The notes beneath the pieces were generated by a model. It was given only the letters and a program-made list of their open reading frames with translations, was not told the DNA's origin and made no database searches. Shown here piece after piece: positions 1 through 12,800 of a stretch of DNA of 64,000 nucleotides (within the stretch, counting starts at the first letter, position 1; the number at the start of each line of letters is the position of its first letter). This stretch comes from Auanema rhodensis (Eukaryota > Animalia > Nematoda): positions 14,012,001 to 14,076,000 of the forward strand of contig OZ059897.1 of assembly GCA_964057225.1 (NCBI GenBank). Direction: 5' to 3'. A program made the translations under genes and the position numbers.

Positions 1-48
1 TACTCATATGCATTATATTCGTATACATTATATATTTTCACTTTCAAG

Positions 49-2037
49 GCGTTTGATGTTGAAATGGATGATAGTTCAGAATACTGGGCAAAAAAGCTTC
101 TAGGATTCTCTCTAATCTGTAAGAAATTTATATAAACGTGAAAGATAAAAGGATATCAAAACTCTAGGGCTTCTTCTGTTCATGAACTTTTTCTCATTGA
201 AAACGTTCGTCTCGCGATTCCAAATTGTTGTAATTTTTGCTAAAATAGCTGCTACTGGTTTAGTAATTGGAATAGGGTTCTATTACTTGATTTTCAAAGG
301 TACGAATATTAGATGTATTCTGCATTTCAAAACAAAAATAAATCAGGTGATGTCGAGAATATAAAACAACCTTTTCACGGGACAACATTCACAATTGGAA
401 CGTTCGTAAATGCTCTTTTTGCTGGTCTGTTCTCGTATGATGGTTGGGATATTCTCAATTTTGGTGCAGAAGAAATTGATAAACCAAAGAGGTATTTGAT
501 TTAGCTTTTCCTGCATAATACTTTATTTCAGAACAATGCCATTGGCTATTGTTATTGGTATGGTGTGCATTGCCATTATATATGCCGCTGTTAACTTTGC
601 ATACTTCATTGTTCTACCTGTATCGGTTATTGAGAGCAGTCCGGCAGTAGCTATGGTTAAATTTTTAATAAATTGTTTGAACAAATAAATTAATTTCAGG
701 AGTTAGCCAAGCAAACTCTTGGAAAAGCAGCATTCATTATGCCAGTATTCGTTGCTCTTCTTCTTATTGGATCCCTCAATAGTACTATGTTCTCTGCTAG
801 CAGGTATTTAAATGCTTCAAACTCCTTCAATAATATAAAAATGTGATGGAAAAGAGAAACGTAACAGAAAATAAGAAGTAAACATAATAATATATTACGT
901 TTAAACCTAGGTGGACACGTGGTAGAAAATTGATAGCATATTTATCAACATGGAAAAGAGAAACATGAATATGGTTGATTGAAATCTTGAACAAAATTAT
1001 TAGCAGGGGAAGAATATAGGACCATAAAACTATCCCTGGAAACAGCCATTGGAAATCAACCGATCTGCATCCGACCAACATCGGAAATGAGAACGATGTC
1101 TGCGTCGAAAAGTAGCACTTGAATCCACAGAAAAATTATTATCGTTTTAATATTTGAATATAAGTTCCAACAAAGAGCATCTTATTTTTTGCAGATATCT
1201 GCAAGCTGTTGCAAAACAAGGTCATTTACCGTCAGCTATTAGTGGTCTAAATCCCATATGTGACTCCCCTCGAGTGGCGCTTTGTCTTCATGTAGATAAT
1301 TGAAAAGTAACATTATAATATTTATATTATATTTAGGTTTTGATTTCTATGGCTATCTCTTTTACTGGAAACCTTGATAATCTTATTAATTATGTTTCTT
1401 TTGCTCAATGGTCTCAACGTGCTATTACTATGATTATCGTCATGTATATAAAAATAAGGTATCTTATAGTATAAGAATATTGTGGAAATTTAAACTGTAG
1501 GCACGTACCAGTTCATCCAGATGGAATTAAAATGCCTTTCGTGATGCCAATGTTATTCTGCTTTGTATGTTCATCATTGGTGAGTGATTAGGAAAATATA
1601 AACCCGAACTATTATTTTAGGTAATTATCACAATCATTGAAAGCTTCAGCGAAGCAGCAGTTGGATTAGGTAACAAATTATCTAAAAAACAGTACTAAAA
1701 AATTAACTTAGGGATTCTACTTGGCGGTCTTATTGTATACCTAATCTTTGTTTGGGAAAGAACACTCTCATCAGTAAAAGCCTATAAAAAATTAATGGGA
1801 AGCATTGATGGTTCGTTCAAAGATTAATGCCCAAAAAACTCCGAAATTTCAGATAGTACAACCAAGTTCGCACAAATGGTTTTCAACGTTATGCCTGAAA
1901 GGTGTAATGAAGAAGATGCATCTCGGGCCATCGGTCACGTTCCTTCAGAGTCTGTTAAACATTTGGATGAATTGTCTGATTGTCAATCAGAGGACGGATC
2001 GCTTCGCTTAAGAGATACTTATATTGCACGGCTCTGA
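49..2037 (+). CDS. SLC7/LAT-type (APC superfamily) amino-acid transporter, nematode aat family; 3' portion, 5' end lies outside the window
   Basis: Spliced exons give ...MNFFSLKTFVSRFQIVVIFAKIAATGLVIGIG..., ALFAGLFSYDGWDILNFGAEEIDKPKRTMPLAIVIGM, GSLNSTMFSASRYLQAVAKQGHLP and DSPRVAL, all hallmark LAT motifs. The last exon ends ...RDTYIARL-TGA at 2035-2037. Introns are GT-AG. Confidence 0.93.
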
Positions 2038-2475
2038 TTATAGATATTTGTACATATGATAAAGAAAGTAAAAAACATTATAGTTAAGTTTCATCATGAA
2101 TAAAAGTATCAACAAAAAGAAAAGCGTACGAGACGCTAACCAACAACGTGGAAATGATGTAACAAAGCGAACAACGAAACAAAATCGCTAACGATGAGCG
2201 AAATTTAAACACTCTTCATGCGACTTAGACAAAGTAGACCGGATACATTAAAACAACGAGCTCAAACAGCTCAAATTTGAGCATAACCCCTCTTAATACT
2301 AACATAAATGACTATCTATATCTCAAAAAGAAACACATGAATGCCAAAAAAACATTTAGTGAGCTCCACAAAGATAACTCCTATGCAGCAAAAAGAGAAA
2401 ATAAATAGATAAAAAGATCTACTTTTAACAAAAAATTAGAGATACACGTTTGTTCTGCTTTGCAAATTCAAGAAC

Positions 2476-5400
2476 TTATCTTCTCCCAGTTGTTGTAGCA
2501 GGTGCAGCAGTAACAAATTCGATAGTACCCTGATTAACTCGATTTGGATCCGCGGCAGGTCGGAAACCAAGGCAAGAGCCATCAACAACAAGGCGAGTTC
2601 CCTGGCAATGTTAATGACAATAGATAAAATAAAAATTTTTAAAAACCTTTTTTTTCTTTTTTCCAGCAGAAGTACCCGTAGCAGGTGCTACACTAGCACT
2701 TGAGAGATCCTGAAATAAATAAATGCATATATGTACTATTATATTCTTGTATACATCTTTGTCAGTTTTCCTATTACGCATCTCACATCTCTTCTGGAGG
2801 AATTCTTTGACAAATTCCTTAGATGCCTTTGAGGAACCGAGATATCCTTCGACGTAATCTTCGACCTGAAATCAAATATATGGCTAAGAATGTTTCAAAA
2901 TGTCTCTACATCATTAGGATTTTCAACTGTTTTCAAGAAATCAGCAAGGACTTCAGCATCCACACTTTCGTTTAACTGTTTCAAACGAGTAACAACCCAA
3001 GAATTGAAAGTATTACCCTAAACAAAAACAAATATTAATTTAGACCTCATAAACACAAACCGAATTCGAAGTTTTAGTTTTAGTAGCTTCCTTTTTAACA
3101 ACAGGAGCTGGTTTGGTTGGAGCTGGTTTTGCTGCAGGTACTGCTTTTTTCACAGGAGCAGGAGCAACTTTGTTAGCTGCTTGTAACGTTGGACCATCCC
3201 AGTTAATGGAAGGCGAAGTAGCAGGACAATCTATACCTGCGCCTCCCCAAGCTACTTTAGAACTGTTGGATTTTCCTACAGGTGGATTCCAATTGAGTCT
3301 TTGAGTAACATTAGACCAAGTTCCTGTAGACTGTATATTGGGGTTCGAAGATGCTTCTTCTTTTTTGATGCGAGCCTTTTGATCTAACTCGAGTTTCAAT
3401 AGTCTTTCTTCTTCTTCTTGAATTTCTTTCAATGACTTCTCGCTCTTACCACCAGCAGTCGGAGTAGACCAAGCCGCACCTGAATTCTTGAATCGTTAAC
3501 TGTCGTGTTCTCTTCAATTTACCTTTAGCAGCAGCAGCAGCGGCAGCAGCATTTTTCTTTGTAGGAGCCTGGACAACCCAACCGTCATCCTCTAGAGAAG
3601 GAGATCGACTTTCTACTTCAGGTAGTGTCTACAAATGCAGCATGATTAAAACAATACTTTCTTAAAAGTAGATATTACCTTCCATGTGCGAGGAGGATCA
3701 ACTTTCTTTGCTGCCGCGGCAGCAGCAGCTCGTCGCTCTTCAGCTTCAGCAATTGCAACAGCTCGGCGATGTTCTTCAAGAGCGGCGGCTGCGACGGCAA
3801 ACTGACGCTTCTGTTCTTCCGCAGCGATTGCAGCTCTACGCATTTCCTCAGCCTGTATAGCATTCATATAGTTTTGAAGAATATGAATAAATACTTTTCT
3901 TGCTTCCTCCTGTTGCTTTCTGATCTTAATAGCATCTTCCTCGGCCTTCTGTAGTAAAGCTCTTTTGTGTGCCTCTGCGGCTTCTTGGGCTTTTCTAATA
4001 AAAGAAATATTTCAAAAATTAACAGCTTCAAACAAACCTTCTTATTTCTTCTTCATTTCTCTTTAATTTTTCTTCCATCTGGCGGAGCTCATCCTTTCTT
4101 GCTTCCTCTTCCAACTGAAAGCATACAGCTATTATCAAACAAAAACTTGAAACTAACTCTTTGCTTCTCCCTAATGCGAGATAACTCTAAATGTTCCCTT
4201 TCCCTACGAAGACGTTCTTCTTCCACTTTCTTCTGCATATCTTCCTATAAGGAATTTATCCGATTAATATAAAACCTTTTATAAACTTTACCTCTTTTTT
4301 CTTAATGGCTGCTTCACGCTCTCTGTACGCTTTTTCTTGTTCTTCAGCATGTTTAGCAAGTGAAGCCAACATTTTTTGCTCTTTAAGCTTGAGTTCTTCA
4401 TCGATCATAAGCTAAAAATAGACAGTTTATAATAAGATTAGAAAGTGTACAACCTTTCTTTGATCTTCCAGCATTTGATCATACATAGGTTGACTGTATT
4501 GAATAGGAGTTATCTTGTCGTTCCAAACACCTGTACCCATAGTTAGACCAAATCCAAATTGATTTGTAACTGAAAGAGTCAGCTCACATTTTTTTAAACT
4601 TTAAATTCTTACGGCTACATAAATTGGGAGCTGCAGTGACCTCGTCTTTATAATCGAAGGGAGCGAGACGTCCGTTAATTGTTTTTAATTCACCTTAATT
4701 CAAAATTATGACAATAATCAATTGTTCAGTACTACCTAATGATCTATACATGGAATCTCCAACACGTTTAACTTTCAAATCATCCTTGAAGTACCCGGTC
4801 TCGAACCATGCATCCATTTGTTCCTTAGGAAAAGGGCCTCGTTCTATTTTCGATGGATCCAAGTAAGTAAACATCGGTTGTCTTGAGGTTAAAGCCACTA
4901 GCGTTTGGGGCATGGCATTTTCATATGCATTTACAGTAGGGACTTCGGGAACATATTGCTGTCTAACACGTTCTTGTACCTGTTCTTCGGGTGTCGGTCG
5001 ATGGTAAGAGCGATTCTAATAATAATTTGATAACTCAAGTTAAAATATACAATAATTACAGGATTAGTAGCAGGCACAGAATCTTTTCTAGGTTCATTTG
5101 TGCCCCAAGCATTAACTTCTGGAACATTTTGCCTTTCATTCGACGGAACAGTATTAATAATAGTAGATTTGACTTGCTAAAAGGTTAATAAATATAAATA
5201 TAAATATATAAGGTTTCGAACAGCACCTTAGAAGATTGATCTCTGTACGCTCCTTGTTCATCAAAAGAGCCTGGACGATGAAGAGCTGGTACATCGCTAT
5301 AAAAATAACTTATGATTCACCCACAAAAAACTAAAACTAAAAAAACATACTCTTTTTCTCCATCCTCCATCCATTCTGGCACATTACCATGATTTTCGTT

Positions 5401-6570
5401 TTTCCATCCAGTTTGAGAATTTTCCCGATTTATCCAAGCTGAGATAGATACGATTATTTAAAAAAAAACATTTAATAATACCCGAGCCTGATGCACTCTC
5501 TTTATTCCACGTATTTCTATTTTCTTTCTCTTTCCAAGTAGTTTTCCCAATTGTAGTCCAACCAGCATCTCCAGAACTGTTAGTTTCTGCCTCATCACTA
5601 GTGCTTCGTAAACGATTACGTGGACGATCTTAGAAAAAATGGTAATGACGGTGTTCAAGATCTTGATAAACACCTTTTGGATCGCGGGGATCATATAGAC
5701 CCTGAGCTCTAGCATTAAATGTAGTACTAGCTGTGGTGCTACCACCCCGTGCCAAAGCTGCTCCACCTCGACCACCTCTACCAGGGAATCGAGCATTGTA
5801 ATACCCTTCCCTTGTTTCTTCAGATTCCCTAGGAGAATCCCCGACTCTGGCACCACCTCTTGCAAATGGTCGCGGGCCTCCTCGTCCATTAGATAGTGTC
5901 GCGGTTTGAGGATTTCCACGGCCTGAATTCAGCAGGAAATGTACGAATTTACAATCATGAAAAATACTTGATTTAACGGGAGTCCAGCCACTACCGCTAC
6001 CACTCCCTCGTGTGCTATTCGGGGTCGTGTTTCCAGAAAAAGCACCTCCCGCAGCAATACTATTCCTTTCAGCATGCGATAACTGGGACATTGCTTTAGA
6101 TGAATTAATATTTTGCTGCTGGCGCTAAATATCCTTTAAATGGAAAAAAAACTTTATCCACGTTGTACCTGTTCCATGTCTGTTAAAGGAAAGCAAACAA
6201 TAGGAAGGGTAGCTTCTTCGACAAAAAAAGTACAATTTGTTAAACCATCTGGAGGTAAGCATTCCTTTCCCATTAAGGCTATCAAATCTTCACGTCCGTA
6301 CCGATTTGTTACAAAGATAGGCATGCTCAAAGGAGTCTCCTAAAGCCCATGAACATGCGCTTATAAACTGTACTGTAAAAAAGATACCTCCTCATCATTT
6401 GTTGAAACTCGTGGTGAAGAGGATACGCCACCACCATGAAAAGCAGAACGAATCCTATCAAAGTTTTACATAATTACTTTGAAATACGCAGAGAAACTTT
6501 TAACTAACCAGGAAGGATTGAAATTGGCAGACTGAACTGGTTCAGCTGGAGCAGAAGCAGCAAAAGACAT
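2476..6570 (-). CDS. gyf-1: GIGYF1/2-family GYF-domain translational repressor (multi-exon)
   Basis: ATG at 6570 (MSFAASAP...). It has a YxxxxL-phi 4E-binding motif NRYGREDLIAL (~6275-6305), PEW and GSFD motifs (~5250-5390), and a GYF domain FTYLDPSKIERGPFPKEQMDAWFETGYF (4735-4875). A long E/K/R coiled coil follows, then the C-terminal AEVLADFLKTVENP...VEDYVEGYLG. Stop at 2476. Confidence 0.9.
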
Positions 6571-6980
6571 AGCGTAAAAGTTCTATAAAATTTGAATTTA
6601 AATTTAACCCTAACCTATCTATATTGAACATAAAGCTAATTATAACTATTAAAATATAGTCAAAATTTCTAAATATTATTGACTCATTGAAATTTTAACA
6701 TTGATATCAAAAACTTGATAAACATTGCAACAAGCTGATCAGGAGGCTTTTCCAGAGATTCGATCCTAAACCGAGAGGGTAGGTAGGGTCGAGATGCAAC
6801 GCACACGTGACGCAATGACTTTGGTTCAAACTTTATTCGCAATGGAGCAACAAAGAGCAAAAGCAACAACGCGCTCATATTTAAATATAAATACAGAAAA
6901 TAAAACATCAGCATATGTTCGTTATATCAAAAATGATTAGGTATAAGAGTACACTGTTATTTCATAAGATCATTATTTTT

Positions 6981-9628
6981 TTAAATAGAATGTTTCTTCG
7001 ATGCTGTACTCAAAAGACATTGATTGTATTCAGCTTGAAGAGCCATAACCTGGAAAATGAATATATTTAAATTTGATCTGAAGATAACTACATGTTGTTT
7101 GATATCCTCGTAATTATAATCTGCTTCTTTCATTTCAACTTGTTGTCGCAGATTTTCATTGCTTTCTTGAAGTAGATCCAAACTTTTTCTAATGTTTTTG
7201 CTCTGAAGATTTTCGCTCTATGTTGTAATAGAATACTGTCTTACTTCAGCATAGTTTGGGTCAGCATCAAGCTCTTGTTGTATTTGGTTCAGCTCTCGTT
7301 GAAGGTTGGGAATCGTGGCTTCCTTGTCATATAATTCTTCCTGTAAGGTTTGCTTCTTCTTGCCCAATTGCTAAAAAAGAAAATTTGTATGGTAATGAAT
7401 TTCTTATATTCTTCTTGGAAAACTGGCAAATGTTTATTTACAGTAAATTTTACAAGGAGCATGTTTATGCTTGTGAATAATAGAGCGCATTATGTCATAT
7501 TCAATACTGTGGGGCATCAATACGTTTTTGAAAAATGAATACTAACCTCTATTTCTGTTTTTAAATTCTCTGAATCACTTTCTATATTTTCTAAACTTAA
7601 AGACTGTTCTTCGATTTCTGCAATCCTGCTTTTCAAAGTATCAATCTCTGTGGCCAATCGTTCTTCTAGTTCATTTAAACTAATCAATTCCTCTTGTAAG
7701 CGAACATGAGCTTATATAACAATAGTAATAAATAAGTAACTGTATTCTGTAAAACCTTCTTTCAAATCGCTGGCTGATGCTTGATTTCGGATTGATGAAT
7801 TTAACATTCCTACAGCATCAATATCCGTTACACTGGATTCAATACTAATCTAAAATAAAAAATATTTTCGAACAATATTTAATAGAAGCAAGACTTGTCC
7901 AATATTGGCTGAAATATTTTCCAGATTCTGAACAATAGCTAGGCTGTATTCTTCCATTTCCATAGCAAGTAACCGTTTTTCGTCTGGGTAACTTCGAAGA
8001 AATTCTTCTATCTGCTGTTCTTTCAATGCAAGTTCCCGATAGCGTTCGTTATTTTTCACTAAAATTGAAATTTTTTATATTATTGTGTTGCTGATTTTCA
8101 CCAAATTTAGACTCGTCATTCTCGAAGTCTCGTAATTCTTCCGTGTATTGCTCCACTTGTTCATGTGTCTGTTCAATTCTAAAATGAATTCTAACAGAGA
8201 TAAATAAATGTATCTAACTGTTTTTCCATCGTTTGTATATCTTCATTGCTCTGTTTAATTTGATCAATGATTTTCTGTTTTTTCTGCTCAGGTGTTTCTT
8301 CCAATCCTTTCTCAGTTTTGAGATCTTCTTCTTTTTTTATTAATGAAGCTAGATTTTCGTATAATTGAACTAAAAGATGAATATATACTAAATATGATTA
8401 AATATTAAATATACCAGCTTTTTTTTTCAATGGTGAGTTGTCTAGTTCTATTTCAAGTTGCTGTTTCTGATCTTCCAACACTGAAAGTTCGTTCTGCAGT
8501 TGATGAACGTCGGCTTTGAGCTCTTCATTTTTTCGTTTGAGTATTTCGAAATGATCTCTTAAATTCGGATCCTATATTTATATTATTATTAATTTTTAGA
8601 ACTCAAGAGTCAAATTACCATAGATGCCATCAGCGCTTGATTTAATCGTTTCTGTTCATCTATTGCTTCTGCGAGTTCTTCAATTTCCCGCTCTCTATGT
8701 TGTCTTTCGATAAATAACTCTTGAACACCGGCTTCCAACTGGTTTGTTCAACAGTTTTATGGTGAAATAAGAAAAATAGACTAACTTCATCAGCAGATTC
8801 TTTGATTCGTTGGGATTCTTGTTCAATTTGGCTCATATCACCATTTGTATGCATTCGATCAATTATCTATTATGATTATGTTAAATATATTTTAAAATAT
8901 TCTTTTCAAACCACGTTCAAGTCTATCAGCTTTCCTTGTAACTCTTTGATTTCCATAGCACTCTCTTCAGCTCTTAATACATTTATAGTAATAGACTGAT
9001 CATCTAAAGAAGAACCTTTTTTCATATGACACAAGCTCAACACGGTCTTTTTCTCCTTTGCGGTATGCGGTCTCCAATCGAGCAATTTCAGAATTCAGTT
9101 GTCCAATTCGAGATCGCAAAATTCCCACAAAATAAGATTTATCGAAAACTTGTCTTTGACCTAAACTTTATTCAGCGTTTAATGTATTCTAGCATTTTAA
9201 TACTTGCTGTTCCTAGACGGCTAACTGCACGGCCACCACTAAGTCCTTGCTGAGTTAAGGGTCGGATTGCGGCAGTAGGAGGTCTTGCCATTCCTGTCTG
9301 TGGACGAGGTGCACCCGATATCTGTATAATATATTATATGTTTATTTTGAAGCTATTTATTATCAACCATTGAACTGGTGGGAGGATGGACAGATGACGT
9401 AGGAGGTCTTCCATCGCTAGTTGATAAGCGGCCCGTAACAGAGCGGCTTGGAGGTCGAATAATTCCACCGTTTGAGGGAGTTTGAACTGAAACCAGAAAT
9501 TCTTAATTTATTCGAAAATCTTCTAAATACACACTATTCTGGGTAGATGAAGCTGTGGGTGGACGTCGTGATGCAGTCATAGCTCTACCACTTGATGTTT
9601 TTGGTCTTGCAGAAGGAGGTCGTGACAT
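6981..9628 (-). CDS. ift-74: Intraflagellar transport protein 74 (IFT-B) (multi-exon)
   Basis: ATG at 9628 begins the basic, RPxT-rich head MSRPPSARPKTSSGRAMTASRRPPT. This is followed by RPLTQQGL, RQVFDKSYFVGILRSRI, LIDLNVIIDRMHT, long coiled coils and the C-terminal KEADYNYEDIKQ. An X-box upstream supports a ciliary gene. Confidence 0.93.
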
Positions 9629-9863
9629 CCTTCTAAAATATAATACTTTATAATTTACAAAATTATATTTTGGGTAAAAATAGGAAATTACACAGAAAAG
9701 AACCTTATAAATACGAAAACGCTTATACAGCCAACTTGAAAACTTAAATTACTAACTTAAATATATAAATATAATACTTATACTGAATTTATTAAAATAT
9801 ATACTATTTCTTGGTATCTAACTTTAAATAAAGCTGCGTAGAGGACATAAATCGAAAATTGTA

Positions 9864-9877
9864 GTTGCCATGGTAAC
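9864..9877. promoter_or_regulatory. X-box (RFX/DAF-19 binding site) of ift-74
   Basis: GTTGCC-AT-GGTAAC matches the RFX consensus GTNRCC(N0-3)RGYAAC and lies 236 bp upstream of the ift-74 ATG. Confidence 0.92.
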
Positions 9878-12800
9878 CACCGGCGCATTTGTAAAATTAA
9901 TACGTTTTAAAATGATACAATTAAGTACGTGTAAATGAAGATATATCTCATTTTGATCCATTATTATAAATAAAAACAGGAAATAATAAAAAAAATATAA
10001 GTTTACATTAATAATTATACAATAAACATTAAAATTTATTTACATTATGACAGAAGTTAAACAGAAAAATGAAAATATCTTTAAAAAATATTATTATCGA
10101 AATCTTGATTTATATATACTTCAATTTGATGAAAAGTATTTGGTACACCTTAACGCATGATTGAAACCTCTATTTTGGATTTTTTAGTGGTTAATATTCA
10201 AATAGTTTATAGTATTTTAACAAGAATATAAAGAAAACTTTAAAACTTTTTTACGTTTTCATGTAATCAGTAGTATATATCTGTATTATTTTGAAATATA
10301 TTCTATTTTGCTAACTATCAAATTAAACTTTTTAGAAATTCATAAATAAGTTTTTATATAATTTCATTCTGAGTTACAAAACGATTTTATTTATATTGTT
10401 TTCGGGTTGTTTTTTATATCTATTTACATAGAATATACAGATTTTAGTATTTAGAAAATAGAATTCTTAATAAAAAAGAATGGTGGATAATGATCTAATT
10501 TCAAAAAAAAAATCATAGCAACTGTTTTCTCTCAAGTTTCTTATAATTACATTTATGGCTTCACTCTATATTGCTTCATAAAAAATGATCCACTCACTGA
10601 TATAAGATGGACGAATGTTATTCGTATTCACTCCTTCTCTAGTAGTCGTACATAACTATTATTTGATCTTTATTATCAAAACATACTTTTTATATAAAAA
10701 ATATATTTTATTTCCACAACATATCTGATTAGCTTTGAGGACAGGGCATGTAATCAGAAGAGGTGGGTTGAAAGCCGGAATAAGAAGATTAGTGGCTCAT
10801 CCGATGTCCAACATATTCCTCTTATTTTATATCTGCATCTCTCTCAAAGAAAAAGAAACCATAGTATTTCATTTAATATTTTTTTTCAAAAATAAGATTA
10901 TATCATCTTTTTTCATCGCAACATCTCTTTTACCATCCTACTTTTAAGAGTTGTTTTTACCCAAACATTTTTTTCTTAGAATATTTTTTCAACTTTCTCA
11001 AAGAATTTGATTATGTCCACGTTACAAAGAAAATTTGTTTTGAATTTTTTGAAGTTTAACCGAGCCGTTTCTGTAATTTCATATTTACGAATTTAGGGAT
11101 GAAAGTAAAATGGAAGTATTCAACCGATGTCTGATTACTGTGTGCTCTTCATATAATTTTTTTTCAAGTATGATTGAAAGTATAGCTTTATTAAACATAT
11201 TATTAGAATTGTTTATTTTTTGATCAATATTTATTATAATTTCATTTACGTTGTCAGCAGTCTAAAAACCCAATTCTCATCGGTTAAGTTAAAGCAAGGT
11301 GTACATTTGGCATCGAGGAACACATCACATTTCACATTCATACCTACGTTCATCTTTGTTTCTTTCTATTTCATAACATATGTATATAACAATTTGATTT
11401 TCTTTTTATATTGAAGTTCATGTGAACTATCAAAAGCTTATTACTTATATAGTTAAAACTTTTTCTTCCTGAAAATAACAATATCATATTGATTCAACAA
11501 CATCTTCTTTAATTCTATCAAGACTAATATCATGAGATTGTATCCATTTTATGAAAAGTTTTTAATCTCGTGCCAGAACCAGCCCAGATTATTCTATATA
11601 TCATTGACTAATTTCGTTTCCCGTTTAAACAAATTATTTTATCAACTACTTTTCTACATATATTCACCATTTGTTCTAATTCCTGCGTTCCTCTGGATCT
11701 CTCCAACTTTGAACTTCAGCAACTTTAAAGCGTGAACCTATTACTTCATTGAGTTTACTGGAAAACGTGTAATTATTCATTCTGTTCTTAGTTGCTCTCT
11801 AAAGAATTGCCAAAACAAAAATATTCTTATGGCAACATTTTGGTTGTACTGTGGCTCTAGTCGTTTTTTCTTCTTGTCTTTGGTTCTCCGTTAACTTTAT
11901 TAAAAGAAGTTTTCATTTTGGCTACATTTACCTCCCGATCTTTTTTCGTTACTCAAAGTCTCAATCATGCCTTTCTTCATTAATTTAAAAGTAATTTAAA
12001 TCCCATTTCCATATAAGGCATCAAGTTGTGATCTGGGAAAATCTTTTTTATTTCTCCAACTCTTTTCCATTTCTATATCCACATCATCTACATATTCAAA
12101 TACAAGTTAACTTTATGAGAAGATATTATAAGAAAGCGATTAAGATGAACGGAATAATTTTTTCAGGCACTCAGTTATTCATTTGCGATATTGATAATCC
12201 ATGCTTCACCTACGAATGTGATATTTCTGACTTCTCTGTCTCTTTTAGTCTAGGCTTTTGACAACTGTTTAATAATAAAAAGAATTAGCCTGACTATCGA
12301 TTATTCTTATAGTGTGGAATATAATGATAACATGGTAATGCAGAATGGATTCAATGTTCTAACGATAGAGGAAAAGAGAAAGGCAGAGAGAAGGATCATG
12401 CTACAATCAAAAGAAGAGAAAAAGAGAGAAAGAAAAAAAGGATGAGAGGCACACAAGGCTGAGCTTCTATCCGGCTTCTCTAATTTATATCTATATGTCA
12501 AGGAATAGTAAACTCTTCTGTTGCTTAATACAAAACGTATTTGCTAGCTACATACATATATCTGTCATTCACCTACTATACATCAGTTATTTTCTTTTTT
12601 TTTAGTAATCATGCTTTCTTTTTACTTTTATTGTACTTGGTTTTTAACTACTTAAGATCTTGTCAATATATATGTAGGATGTGAGCACTAGTTAGTGAAC
12701 ATCAAGCCTTTGGTTTTAAAGTGAATATGCTTGTCGCTAACGTGTTAACGAAGATTGAGATCTGCTTATTTCTCTATTTTGCTCACACCCATCAGATGAA

